From NCBI GenBank assembly GCA_977030845.1, contig OZ365115.1, positions 17,298,001 through 17,362,000 on the forward strand: a DNA stretch of 64,000 nt, read 5' to 3'. The notes under the pieces are model-generated. The model did not search any database, was not told the origin of the DNA, and saw only the letters and a program-made list of their open reading frames with translations. A program made the translations under genes and the position numbers. Positions 13,088-26,300 of the stretch are shown here, in pieces (position 1 is the stretch's first letter; each line of letters begins with the position of its first letter). This stretch comes from Fimbriosthenelais zetlandica. Lineage: Eukaryota.

Positions 13088-14303
13088 ATGGAGGTTGGGC
13101 TGCGCGTAGTGCGAGGGCCTGACTGGAAATGGCAAATACAAGACGGTGGGGAGGGGCATGTGGGTACTGTGGTGGAGATAGGCAAGCCTGGAAGTACTAC
13201 ATCACCTGATAAAACTGTGGTGGTCCAGTGGGACTCAGGATCCAAGACTAATTACCGAGTAGGCTATCAGGGATCTTATGATCTAAGGGTTGTGGATAAC
13301 GCACCAGTCGGTAAGTTTTTGTTTTTTTTGTATTCATTCTTCTTTTTTTTTAGATAGAATTTTGATAGAGACTGTTATGGATGAATACCAGTTAATGTGG
13401 CAAAATTTATTATATTTTTGGGGGCGATTGGAATTGATTATAAATACCTATTTTGTGTATGTTTTGTAGGAATAAATTTTCACATGTATAAAAGGAGTGC
13501 AGTTACATCCATTTTCAGTGAAATCTCAAAAAACGCTCATATCCCTAGAATTTGAATTGATTATAAATTTCTACCTATTTTGTGTATGTTTTGCAGAAAT
13601 AAATTTGCACATGTATAAAAGGAGTGCAGTTACATCCATTTCAGTGAAATCTCAAAAAAGCTCATATATCCCTTTAACCCTGTAGGATGCCATGATATTA
13701 GGATAGTTACACGTCTACAGATAGCCTTAAGCCGGGAATACACTAATCCGATTCTCCAATCCGTCGCCATCCGAACCTCCATTTCTAGTAGAATCCTATG
13801 TTTGAATTTCGTCAGTGGTTAGCCTTACCTAGGTGTAATTGACTGTTCAAATTACAAGCATTTGGTGTGAATAGAATTATGGATTTGGACAGCTATCGGA
13901 TGGAGGATCCGGATGGAGAATCGGATTAGTGTGCTCCAGGCTTTAGTTGATAACATAGACATAGTCATAGATTTCGCCCGGTGAATCATAAGACCGGAGA
14001 TCAATTGCTAAGTGTATGACTATGAATGAGCCCAAGGCCAATGGTGGGGTTGATGTCCTACATGCCTGTATATATACACAATCATGTTCACATGGAATCT
14101 CTCTACATTATAATATATTATCATGATGTTTTCTATGACAATTTATATCTTACTCTCCCTCTTTTCCTCTCCCTTTCTATCCCACCCACTTCTTTTCCCC
14201 TCCTCCCTTTCCCTCCTCCCCCCACCCCCCTCTCCCTTCTGAATCCTCCCTCACTCTCCTTCCTTGATACCCCATTCTTCTGTATTTTGCTTTTACTTCA
14301 AAC

Positions 14304-14342
<39 letters not shown>

Positions 14343-17300
14343 TGAACTTTTTTGGAATGTACATGTAATCTTTCCAATAAAGAAAGGTTTTCGTTACATA
14401 TAATAATGAATAGTTCGTGTGGCATAGGTTATCTGACTAACTTATTTTCTAACTAAATAAACATGATAATATGGTTATGCAGTCTACAAGTCTACAAACT
14501 TTCCTGATGTAAGCATACATATTTATAAACTCTATATCTGGCACGTTTGGAATGTATTTCCGAACAAAAGTCACGGTGCAACAATCAAGTTGTGGTGTAA
14601 CTTTCTCTCGTTTATCGAGGTGAACCCAATAGGGGCAGTGTCTACTTATTCAATTTTCCGATTTTAACATCCTTACCAGCGCCTAAACGCCCTCATTTTC
14701 GCTAGGATCTCTTGTTCGGATATGTACATCTACTTTTCTCTGAGTCTTCGATTTATCTTGTGTATCAGAAGCCTCGGAATTACATTTACATTACAATTGA
14801 CTTCATTTTTGGAAGTGACGAAAGAAAGGGGATTTTTTGTGGCAAAATTCTTTTTATATTTCTTCGAAATCGTCTTTTTATACCAAGGCTTTTCATATCG
14901 TTTGATCTAACTTGTTACACTTCCTCTATTTTTTGCTCGTTTTCACTGCTTATCATTTAATAGGTCGACCGTAGCCTGTATGCATCGTTCATACTGTATT
15001 CATATCAAAATGCACTCTTTATTAGAAATCTCGCGTGATTCGAATTTTTTAAATGACCGGGAAGCGAAATTGATTGGCAATCACGTTTGGAGAACAGCAT
15101 GGGACAAAAAAAATCAATAGGGAATTAGTTGATGTTTCCCAATGAAAAGCGGAACATCCAGATAAAAGTGGCGAAGAAGACCATCTTCTTTAATTATTTG
15201 TGTTGTTTTCTTGGCGTGTTTCAATGACTCAGAAAAATTACCCTAGTTTATATCTGATTATATCTTGTATAAGTGTAGGTAGGTGGGGGGGGGGGGGGGG
15301 TGTTGTGGGGATTTTTACCTGTTCAAGAAGAAAACTAATGTTCTTTTATCAACTAATTCAAAGGTAAGGATCTTGCACAGGTATTTACCTAGCTGTGTGC
15401 AAAATGAAAAATTATTCCAGTTATAGTGCCTTAAAATAAGCTAAACTCAAGGGAATTATCGTTCTTGGGAATAATTAGCACAATAGATCCAGTGTATTTG
15501 TCAGGGTTAATAATCCTGGCATGTATGATCTTAGTCTAATTTATCCAGATCTATATTTACTCTTCAAATTTACCATTTACATAAACCCAAAATATATCGA
15601 TTTTTATACTCTAAGATTTTATCAATTATACAACTAAAATCAGCAATATATATACAACTCCACTTGAAATGCTGCTGTTATTGCCGACCCAGTCAGAAGC
15701 CCAGGTATTGATACTGATAGAGAATCAATGATATCTGTACATTGAAACACATATTAGATACACACACATACACCGTATCATACATGTTATATATCACCCG
15801 TCTCCCTGCCTCCTCTTTATCAGACTCATTTACACACCCACCTGCCAATGGGCTTTAGTGGTGGAGGAGGAGGGTGGGGGATCATCCCAGCCAATACCAC
15901 TAATGTAGCCCCCCCCCCCCCCTCCATCCCCCCCCCCCCAACCCCATCATCCACTGATGGGCCCGCCTGTGGCTTTAACATACCCATCCCCCCACCCCCC
16001 CACTGATCCCACCCTCGCCTGCCCCTTTCCCCACCCCTACCCCTTTCTCCGTCAGCCCCCCCCCCCCCCCCACACACACCCCTCCCTCAACGCCAGCCAT
16101 CACCATTCCCATGTCAGAAGGCCTGTGAACACGCATCGATTGATTAGTTACTAAGAATAAAACACTTCCAAATAAAGATCATATTGTCATCCGCCCCACA
16201 ATCCCTGCACCCCCCTCCCCCCCCCCCCCCCCCCTCGCATGCAGTCAGCTGCTGGCCAGGCCAATACCAGCATTGGCAGGCTGGCTGGGGGCCTCCAACA
16301 AAGGGGCTTTGTACAAGTGATTAACCTTAGATCCTCCTCCTCCTCCCCGCCACTGCTGGGCTATTTTTACATGTTTCCACGGCACATCACAGGTACCTGG
16401 TCATAATACTTATATCATGGCTCGACTGCTGAAGCGCCTTACATTTATCGCTATACTTCCATGGCAACATCCTAATCCACTGGAAGTAGCTCTATAATAA
16501 TATTGGAATTTATAGCACCCGAGTATATATACTTCCTTCAGGATTCATATCTAGTGTTTATATTATTACAGAGTATATTGGATGTAACACTCGAATTCTT
16601 GAATGACATCGACCTTTTGGATGTGGCTGAGGAACTGAATTGCTCCTAAGATTTTCTCTGCGGTTTAACATCACTGTTTCATTCGAAAAAATCTCCGGAC
16701 GCTTTGGAAAATCTCTGGACGCCATATACATCGCAATCCGAACCAGAAAGGATTTATATGAAAATTTATTATTTGATCTTGCAGGAGTGAAACACCCTAA
16801 CATTATTTGCGATGGCTGTAAGATCCAGGGAGTGCAGGGTATGCGCTGGAAATGCACCAAGTGTTTTGACTTTGATCTGTGTACGCTGTGTTACATGGGA
16901 GACAAGCATGACCTGAACCACTGCTTTCTCCGCTTCGAGACAGCCTCCTCGGCCGGGTACGTGACCAAACCTCATCTATCATCCCATTAACTGTTTCCAA
17001 ATTTAGATCAAAATAGCAATTTTTGTATTCTCTCTCTCTCTCTCTCTCGTTATTACGGTACTCCGGGTTTTATAGTATTCAACGTTGATGGGTGGTGATA
17101 GAAGGGTCGGGTTCTTAACCTCTAAACTGAGTTATTTTTTAAAAATCTTATTATAAAATTTTGTATTTATTTATTCGTTCGTTCATTCATTCATTTTTGT
17201 TGTTGTTAAATTTACTTTATTGTTGTAGTGTACAATAATATTAATGACAATAATTCATTCATTCATTCATTCATTCATTCATTATTCATGCTTCATTCAT

Positions 17301-20300
17301 TTCATTNNNNNNNNNNNNNNNNNNNNNNNNNNNNNNNNNNNNNNNNNNNNNNNNNNNNNNNNNNNNNNNNNNNNNNNNNNNNNNNNNNNNNNNNNNNNNN
17401 NNNNNNNNNNNNNNNNNNNNNNNNNNNNNNNNNNNNNNNNNNNNNNNNNNATTAAATTAATTCTGCTTATTCTTTTGATAGATAAATATTGCCCAATTAT
17501 AGATATTTATTCATGTTTCATTTTCTTAGTATCTTAACTGCAATCATACTTCATGACGCAAGTGCTTCTTGAGTTATAATTAATGCACTATGAAGAAGAA
17601 GTAATATTCTCAGATATTATTATCTGTCGTGTCCACTTCCCTATTGCCCTTCCGCGTTTCTATGTACATGTAATATGGTTTCGTGCCAGACGTGGTAGAT
17701 TACATTATCTCACACTGTTCCCAATATTGCCCGGGGCCATGTAAGGTCAGAAGAGGCGGGGGAGGCAAATCATGCAGGAAATCATACATCCCTTAGGTAC
17801 ACAATCTATAATCTTACAGAGGCTAAGTAACTCTGGATATTTTCTTCCATCAAACGAAATCTACACTGATAATAACTTCATCTATAATGTAGGTAGGTTT
17901 ATCATTTTAAAATGTAAATGTATTTAATTTGGTTTTTCTCAGCTAATTTTGGAAATGTTTCTTATTCTAGGTTGAGATGTCCCAAACGTTCAGGATCTGT
18001 TAAGATACAAATGCGCGGAATATTTACCGGTGCCAAAGTGGTTCGAGGTCCCGACTGGGACTGGGGGAACCAGGATGGTATGCATATTATTATTTAGTTG
18101 AATTTCTAAATAAATTTCTTCTGTGTTCTCACAAGTGTGTATAAATTACCATATATGTGATGCGTTTTCATGAAATGAGGCTAAAGTCGCACCGGGACAT
18201 TCGGAGCTACAGGCCTGAAAGCGTTGTAAATAAACCACATATTTCTCTCAGCATTTTTGCAATAAAAAAAAGGATACGATATTTTTGTGGGTGAAATTGA
18301 GTAAAGTTCAACTTTGTACGTGTTGTCCCTTCAAGATTTCTTCCAGTTGGACAGAGAATTGTCTGAAATAGGTATTTTCTCTAGTTGCTGCAGTCTTTGA
18401 AATTTAATTAAAAATATAAATATTTTCCATTTTTGCGACTTTAGACTCATTTCGTGAAAACACGTCACATATTTGATTTCTGTATAGAACTGTATATAAT
18501 TTAAATCTTTTTTTAATTTTTTTTTTCAGGTGGGGAGGGCAAGCCTGGGCGGGTTGTAGATATAAGAGGATGGGATAATGAATCAGGCCGGAGTGTGGCT
18601 AATGTGACCTGGTCCACCGGGACGACTAATGTGTATAGACTGGGTCATAAAGGCAAGGTGGACCTCAAGTATATATCAGATGCTCCAGGCACACACTACT
18701 ACCGAGATCATCTACCTGTACTAGGTGAGGCTTTTTTAAAAAATTTAATCTAGATACTTTACTAGGAGGCACACACATATTTACAAGCAGGGTATAATTT
18801 ACCTGGTATCGCATCGCATTTTGGACAGACAAGTGTGAGATGACAAATGCTCGGACCGAAGTCTAGACAATATACAATCCTATAATGATAAAAATAACAA
18901 TACTTCTTGGTTATTCAATGGAACCTAGCCACAACGGTTAATTTAACCTTAAGGTCTCTCTGTCTATCATGTGAAGTGATCGCTATAGTGAATAATATAT
19001 TTATGTTATGCGAGAGGTTACCATTATGCGAGATTCCACTGTTGTTTCCTATTGAACCTACACACTATAAAAAGTATTGCAATATTTTTTCAGGCATTAG
19101 CCACAAAAAAATGTAATACATTTATCCAATGCTGTTGTGCATGTATTAAAAGCAATAATTTTCAAATTAGAAACATTTTCGAACGACTCAAATATGACTG
19201 TAATATAAATTTTGATAATTTATTTTCGTTGTGGTGATTTAGCAGATAGGTAAACCCAAAGTGGGGAATAAATTTTTAATATAAATTGTCTTTGTCTTCT
19301 GTTACAAGAAAAATGTAATACATTTACAGTTCTGAAAATAGGGGTATGTAACTGTTCACTTTCAATGAAAAATTAAAAAAAAAGAATTCCAGTGCTGTTG
19401 TGCATGTATTAAAAGCAATGATTTTCGAAAATGTCCGAACGACTCAATGTGACTGGAATATCAAGTGTTAGTTTGTTTATCTTTTCTAGGTGAAAACAAT
19501 GAGCCGGCGGCTACAGGAGTGACGTTTAGTCAGTTTAAGGTGGGAGACCGGGTACGTGTAGACCTGGAGGTGGATATACTGAAGGCCATGCAAGAAGGTC
19601 ATGGTGGGTGGAACCCGCGCATGGCAGAGGTCAGCTATTCTATATTCTCTCAAACTTTATTTTGCAAATAAATCTATTCCAAAACAATTCCAAACAATTA
19701 AAACAATTCTATTCCAAAACTTTATGGATAACTCTATGGGATAAATGACCCATATCAGTCAGACTTTTCAAGTTTTAATTGTTGAAAAGAAAAAAAACAT
19801 GCAGTCCAATCATATGGGGTGTTAGTCTTGCGCAAGTTTGATTCTTTTATTTTGTCAAAACTAACTAATGAAAAGACCTTTCCCATCTCGACTGAGGTAT
19901 CCAGGCAAGTGGGTTTAGAGGAGGGAATTGTCTGTCATAGGGATGATCGCTTGTCTAATGGGGTGTTTTTAGTGCAGTGTCTAGTCTGCACTGGGGAGGG
20001 GGTGGGGTTCGATTCGATTCGATTCGATTCAGTGAGGATCGTAGCTTTTATTCACTCAATCAAGCTTTAGTCATTCCCGTGTTCTTCACTCCCTGTTTCC
20101 AATGGATAGAGTGTTATAAGAGGAAGTCGTGGGTTTAAAAATGGCTTTAAACTTGTTTAAATATTTCGAGTAAAATGTGTGCATGTATTCTTGCAGTATG
20201 TGGGTAAGGTAGGTACGGTACATAGGATCACAGAGCGGGGGGATGTACGTGTACAGTATGAAGGCTGTAGTAATAGGTGGACATTCCACTCTGGAGCACT

Positions 20301-23300
20301 AACCAAAGTACAGCTCTTCTCAGTGGGCGACTATGTACAGATCTCTAACAGTATCCAAGTGGTCAAGGATCTACAGAAGGGACATGGAGAATGGACAGAC
20401 AATATGAAGGCTGTAAGTGATACAATATATTATTGCTAAACTCCGTTTTGTAAGAAATATGAAATATTTTGCGATATTTTATATCACCATGATATCATGA
20501 AGATCGCCTAAGCAGCTGATATCATATGGCGTTAAATTAAAATCCATTTACTAAACGCTTTTCTAAGTTTTCTATATTTGCCATAGTACATGTACTTGAA
20601 AATATATAATATAAATTTGAATAAGTGTTCTATTGAACTGGATAACTTCCCATAGAATGGATGATTTCTAAAAGTGGCATCCCCTAAACTCTTTTCAACA
20701 AGTTTTTTAAATCTGCCATAGTAAATGTACTTGAAAATATCTAATATAAATTTTAATAAGTTTATTATTGAACTGGATAATTTTCCATAGAATTGATGAT
20801 TTCTAAAAGTTGTAACTTTGGAGTAAAACAATTGGTGTCCGGAAAGCAAACCCTATTCTTAAATTTAAAAAGACGCGTGTGTGTCTGATTCTTAAATTTG
20901 TAATTAATTAAGTTTGAAATGCCGAGGTGATTAAATACTGTGTGTTTTCTTTGTTAACTGTAGGCCTTGGGGAAGGTAGGGAAGGTGCTGAAGGTGTATG
21001 TGGATGGTGATTTGCGGGTAGTGGTAGGGAGTAACACATGGACGTTTAACCCGGCTGTATGTACACTAATGCCACATACCCAACAAGAGATGAATAACAC
21101 ACTTAGTAGTCAACACAACCGGGACGACCACCATACAAGTAAGCCATATATATACCTCAATAAAGGGTAAAAATTACTGTAAAGCGCTCTCAACTATATA
21201 TAGGACCTAGAGCACATGCACCTAGAAATATCCATTGCACAGAAGGCAATGTAGTAATGCACATAGAAAGAGCCCCCAGCTGAAAATCATACGAGAAACT
21301 TGAGTAATCAAGAGTGTCAGCTGGTATTCACCCATAACAGGCTCTATAATTAAAAATTCTAAAAGAAAAAAGGATACTGCGCTTTATAAAAATCGGTCTA
21401 TTATTATTAATTAAAAAAACGTGAAAAAAACATGCATGTATACCTCCAACGAAGACCTAAATTTAGTAATAATATTATGTGAAAAATATAAACTTATTTT
21501 TGCTCTTTGATTGCCTTGAAATTCACTCATAGTCACATCTAATCTTTAAAAAGGGCTTTGAGTTGATTTGATAATTTGGTTGAAATATGCAGTCTGTTCA
21601 CTATAAGTTGATCCGAAACCACCATACATATATATATGTACTGTGTTTTGGATCAACTTAGAGTGAACAGACTGTAGATACTATTGAAAATGTCTCTTAT
21701 TTTTGGATGTAAACTTTAATATTTTTTAATTTTCTCTCCAGCTTTAACGGCACTATTAGAACAGCTGCTGGAGAAGCAGATCCCGTCCACAGAACCTGAT
21801 AAACTAGTGCGGGAAGCGGCTCAAGGTCATATGGACATAGTACGAGAAATCATCACCAAACACCCTGACAAGGTACGTCTTCTTGAGATATTCCTCCCCA
21901 AATTTAACATCTACAAATGAAAGATTCTATCTATATTTATGTTTTAATTTAAGGATTTATATATATGCAGTATGAGGAGTTCTAAGCTCATTAAATTTCG
22001 TTTTTATTGTTATTATTACTTGTTTTTTTGTTTAATTAAATGTTATAATCCTAAGTTAAGCATATGTTTAATAACTGATTTCATTGAAAACCTATTTGTA
22101 GAAGGATCAGGATAATTCAAATAAAAGAAAAGGCAAAACTAAAACTAAAATTTTATATCAAACTCTGAAGTTGATACCCAAACAGTCTCTCAATATATTT
22201 CATATATATATAGTCTTCAAGGTCATATAGTTCTGATATTTTTGTACACGTCTTTCTCCTGTCACTTTCCTAAAATCAGGGTTAATCATAATAAGGAAAG
22301 ATAATTATTTGATTACTCAATATTTTTCCTCCGTCTAGGTGGATTTTCAGAGTTCAGGGAAGACAGCCTTACAGGTGGCCTGTCACCAGGGTCACGTGAG
22401 CATTGTGAAGCTGCTGCTAGCTGCGGGGTCTAACTTAGAGAGGCAGGACGAGGATGGCGATACAGCCCTACACTACTCAGCTTTTGGGTAAGCTAAAATT
22501 ATATATGAACTTAGGTAAATCAATGATTACAGTTAGTGAGGTCAATGAGTAATCTATCACATTTGGAGGAAGTTGATCAAATACCTTTCTCATCTTTTAT
22601 CAAATTAAATCTCAACCCTACTTATTAAATCTCATCCCTACTACTATCGGTATATCCCTAAATTTATAGGGTATATTAAATTTTAATCGAGCAATCAAAT
22701 TTAACTATTTAATGGGTATATTCAATTTAAATTTAAAGGCACTCATTCGGTTTTTACACTGGATACCCTCAGCATGCCCAGTATATAATTTACACCAGAG
22801 AAAAATGAATCTTATCAATTTTATGATCTATAATCAGATTATCTGAAATGAATCGTTTGGTATTTTTTATTAACAGTAACCAGCCAGAAGTGACGGAGTT
22901 GCTGTTAAGTAAAGGTGCCAAAATTAACGCCTTAAATAACGCGGGATGCAGTACGCTCCACGTGGCCGTCAACAAACAACAAGGACGCTGTGTACGCGTC
23001 CTTCTCCAACATAAATGTGACGTCAATATACAGGTAAACTGACATTGTAAAATATACAAAATGTGACGTCAATATACAGGTAAACTGACATTGTAAAATA
23101 TACAAAATGTGACGTCAATATACAGGTAAATTGACATTGTAAAATATACAAAATGTGACGTCAATATACAGGTAAATTGACATTGTAAAATATACAAAAT
23201 TTACCATAGGTATATTAAATAACATAAGTCATAATGATGAAACTTCTCATAGTACCCAGGGTATAATTTACCTGGTATCGCATCGCATTTTGCGATGTAA

Positions 23301-26300
23301 TTTGATGTTTTTGCAATACATGTTATCTGCATTCTTCAGGTGGCAAAAGAGAAATTGCGATGCAAAATCGCTTGATTAGATTCTGACGCGATGCAAAATC
23401 AACTTGCAAACCAAATTATACCCTGAAGGTTAATATTATTGCCTTACAGGACTCGTATGGAGACACAGCCTTACACGATGCTATAGGGAAGGAGAGTAAA
23501 GAGATCACAGAGATGTTGGTGTCTCATCCTGGTATTGATTTTACGTTACGTAATAGACGTGGATTTAACGTACTTCACCATGCCTCTCTCAAAGGAAATA
23601 ATCAGTAAGTTTACAACAAAAAATTCTAAAGCTCAAGTTCTTGTTTTACTCATTTTCTTTGTAAAATGAAAATATTATTTTGTCATATAAAAAAAGGGAT
23701 CACAGTAGAGTATTTGGGTAAGTTTACAAAAGAAATTCCAAAGTTCTTGTATTACCCATTTTCTTTGTAAAATGAAAATAAAATAGTCATACGAACAGAA
23801 TAAGGATAGGGCAAGGTCCCCACTGCTATGCGAAAAAAAAATTAAAATAAAATATTCAATTCTAATTTTTTTCACATTTCTAATTTTCACAGCTCTTTTG
23901 GGACTTCTCCCTCCCTCTACAAGGTTGTCCATCATTCTCCTATTTATTTAATGTTTAAATTATTTTCCTGCAGTGCTACAGAGAAGATAGTTCTCAAGGC
24001 TCGTCAGATTGTGGATCTAAAGAAAGATGACGGGTTTGCTGCATTACATTTAGCTGCATTAAATGGTCACCGGGATGTGGCCGCTACACTCCTTCACCAT
24101 GTGAGTAAAAAAAAATTATAATTTCAACAATAACAATTTTCTTTCGAATAGAAATCGATATTTCTCAACAAAAATTGGGCGAATTCGAAAGTCAGTATCT
24201 CCGTGTGTAAGTGGAATATTGAAACAAAATTTTCACAGAAAAGTTACAAATTGTCATAACAGCAAATGAATTGATGCCTTGGGGCAATACGGGTCCCCAT
24301 TATGGTAATGCCTGAAGGCATTACACCTCTGGAAAGGGTTAAGAAACTAATCCCGGGAACCAGAATTTAAAATTGGAAGTGGAACATTAATATGGATACC
24401 ATCGGAAAACACCAGGTTTGAATTAAATATTTATTTATAAATATTCATTATTTTCTGTTTAATCAGGGTAAGGCAGATGTGGAGATCCTAAATAATCGTA
24501 AGCAGACCCCCCTACTACTAGCCGTGTCACAGGGTCACATGGGGCTGATCGAGTTGCTGGTGACTAAAGGTGCTGCTATTAACGCCATGGATGAGGATGG
24601 AGACACCTGTCTACACCTGGCTCTAATGAGGCAATCAGTGGCCACTGATGCCGACCCCTCTCCTGTCTTAGCCACTGTAAGCTCAACATGCCTAAAGCCT
24701 GAAACACATTAATTTGATTCTCTATCCGGCGCCATCCGATAGCTGTCGAATACTATATTTCTATTTATACCAAATGCTTGTAATTTGAACAGTCCATTAC
24801 ACATAAGTAAGGCTAACCACTGACAAAATTTGGATCTTTAGATGTCATCAGAAATAGGGCATTGGAGTGATTGGAGAATCGGATTAGTGTGTCCTAGGCT
24901 TTACTATCTCATAAAATAATTCCAGGGCTCCCTTGGCCTTCGGAGGGAAAAATTTAAGTTACAATTTTAAGGACAATTCTAATGACTTTAAGAGTTTTAA
25001 AAGAATATTTTAGAGACACAGAGTCAGGACATTATATTATATGTTTGTGGTTTAGATTCGGAGTCAGCTGGGACTGGCTGAGGGAGAAGCGCAGGCGGGC
25101 GTGATGACAGCGTGTTTCCTCTGTCAGCAAGGTGCCAGTTTATACCAGAAGAATCACCAGGGTAAGGCACCACTGGAACTGGTGACTGACTCTACCACGC
25201 GTGAGACCTTACTCAAATACGCCCGTACCAGGTGAATATTTTACTGAACAATTCTGATTCTTAACCAGATACTTTAACGCTGACTCCGATGATAATCTGT
25301 CTGAGATTGACGCGTACATTCTCATGTCCACCACTGAAGCTCAGAGTGCTTCATATGACGTAAATATCTCCTGGAATTTAGGGGCTTACTCAGGGAATTC
25401 TGTTTTTTCATGAACTGCTGGGAACCCTGTCTTAAGGCTGAATCCATCACAATTATGTCCATATCTGAATAATATTCCACTTATTATACATTACAGCAAT
25501 ATCTATTGCTATTATTTGCAACATTTATTTAATAAAAATGTTAATTTTTTCAGTGTCCCCGCGCCTGTAGTGGGTTTGCCTGCGTGCCCCCTGCCCCCAC
25601 CTCGCTCGCCCTGCTCCGCCCAGCCCCCTGTCTCTCCCTCCGCCTCCACACTGCCTCCTGCTAGTGAATGTATGGTCTGTTGTGAGGTGCCTGCTAGTGT
25701 CACCTTCGAGCCATGTGGCCATAAGATCGTCTGTGGTGACTGCTGCGTCAAAATGAAGAAGTGTCTAGTTTGCTCTTCTCCAATATCGAAGAAAGTTTCA
25801 TCAAGTAAGTCATCTGAATATTTTACTGTATGCCTAAATTTCGAAAGGAAAGTCCTTATTAATGAATAATAATTAACTATTTAACATTATAGGACTTCCT
25901 TCTTTTTTTTATTGACAAAAAAACAGTTTAATTAAAACAGGGCATCATTTAGTGGGGAATATGAGAAAAGAGACTGCTAGATCTCACAAATTTTTTCATT
26001 TAATTCTTTTATTCTAAGCGGGAATCCGTCGCCGTCCGAACCTCCATTTCTAAAGGCATCTAATGATTGAAATTTTGTCAGAGGGTAGCCTTACCTAGGT
26101 GTAATTGTCTGGCCAAATTACAAGCATTTAGTGTGAATAGAAATATAGTTTCGGACAGCTATCGGATGGATCCGGATGGAGAATCGGATCAGTGTATTCC
26201 AGGCTTTAGAGGGTTGTTGGAGCATTTAGTATAAAACTTTCATTCCATGTCGATAAACCCCAAATCAGGAACTAATTTTGCTTACAATTCCTTCCCTACA

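Noticed and set aside
15826-16154. Gly/Pro-rich ORFs
   Set aside because: Artefacts of poly-C/G low-complexity intronic sequence.
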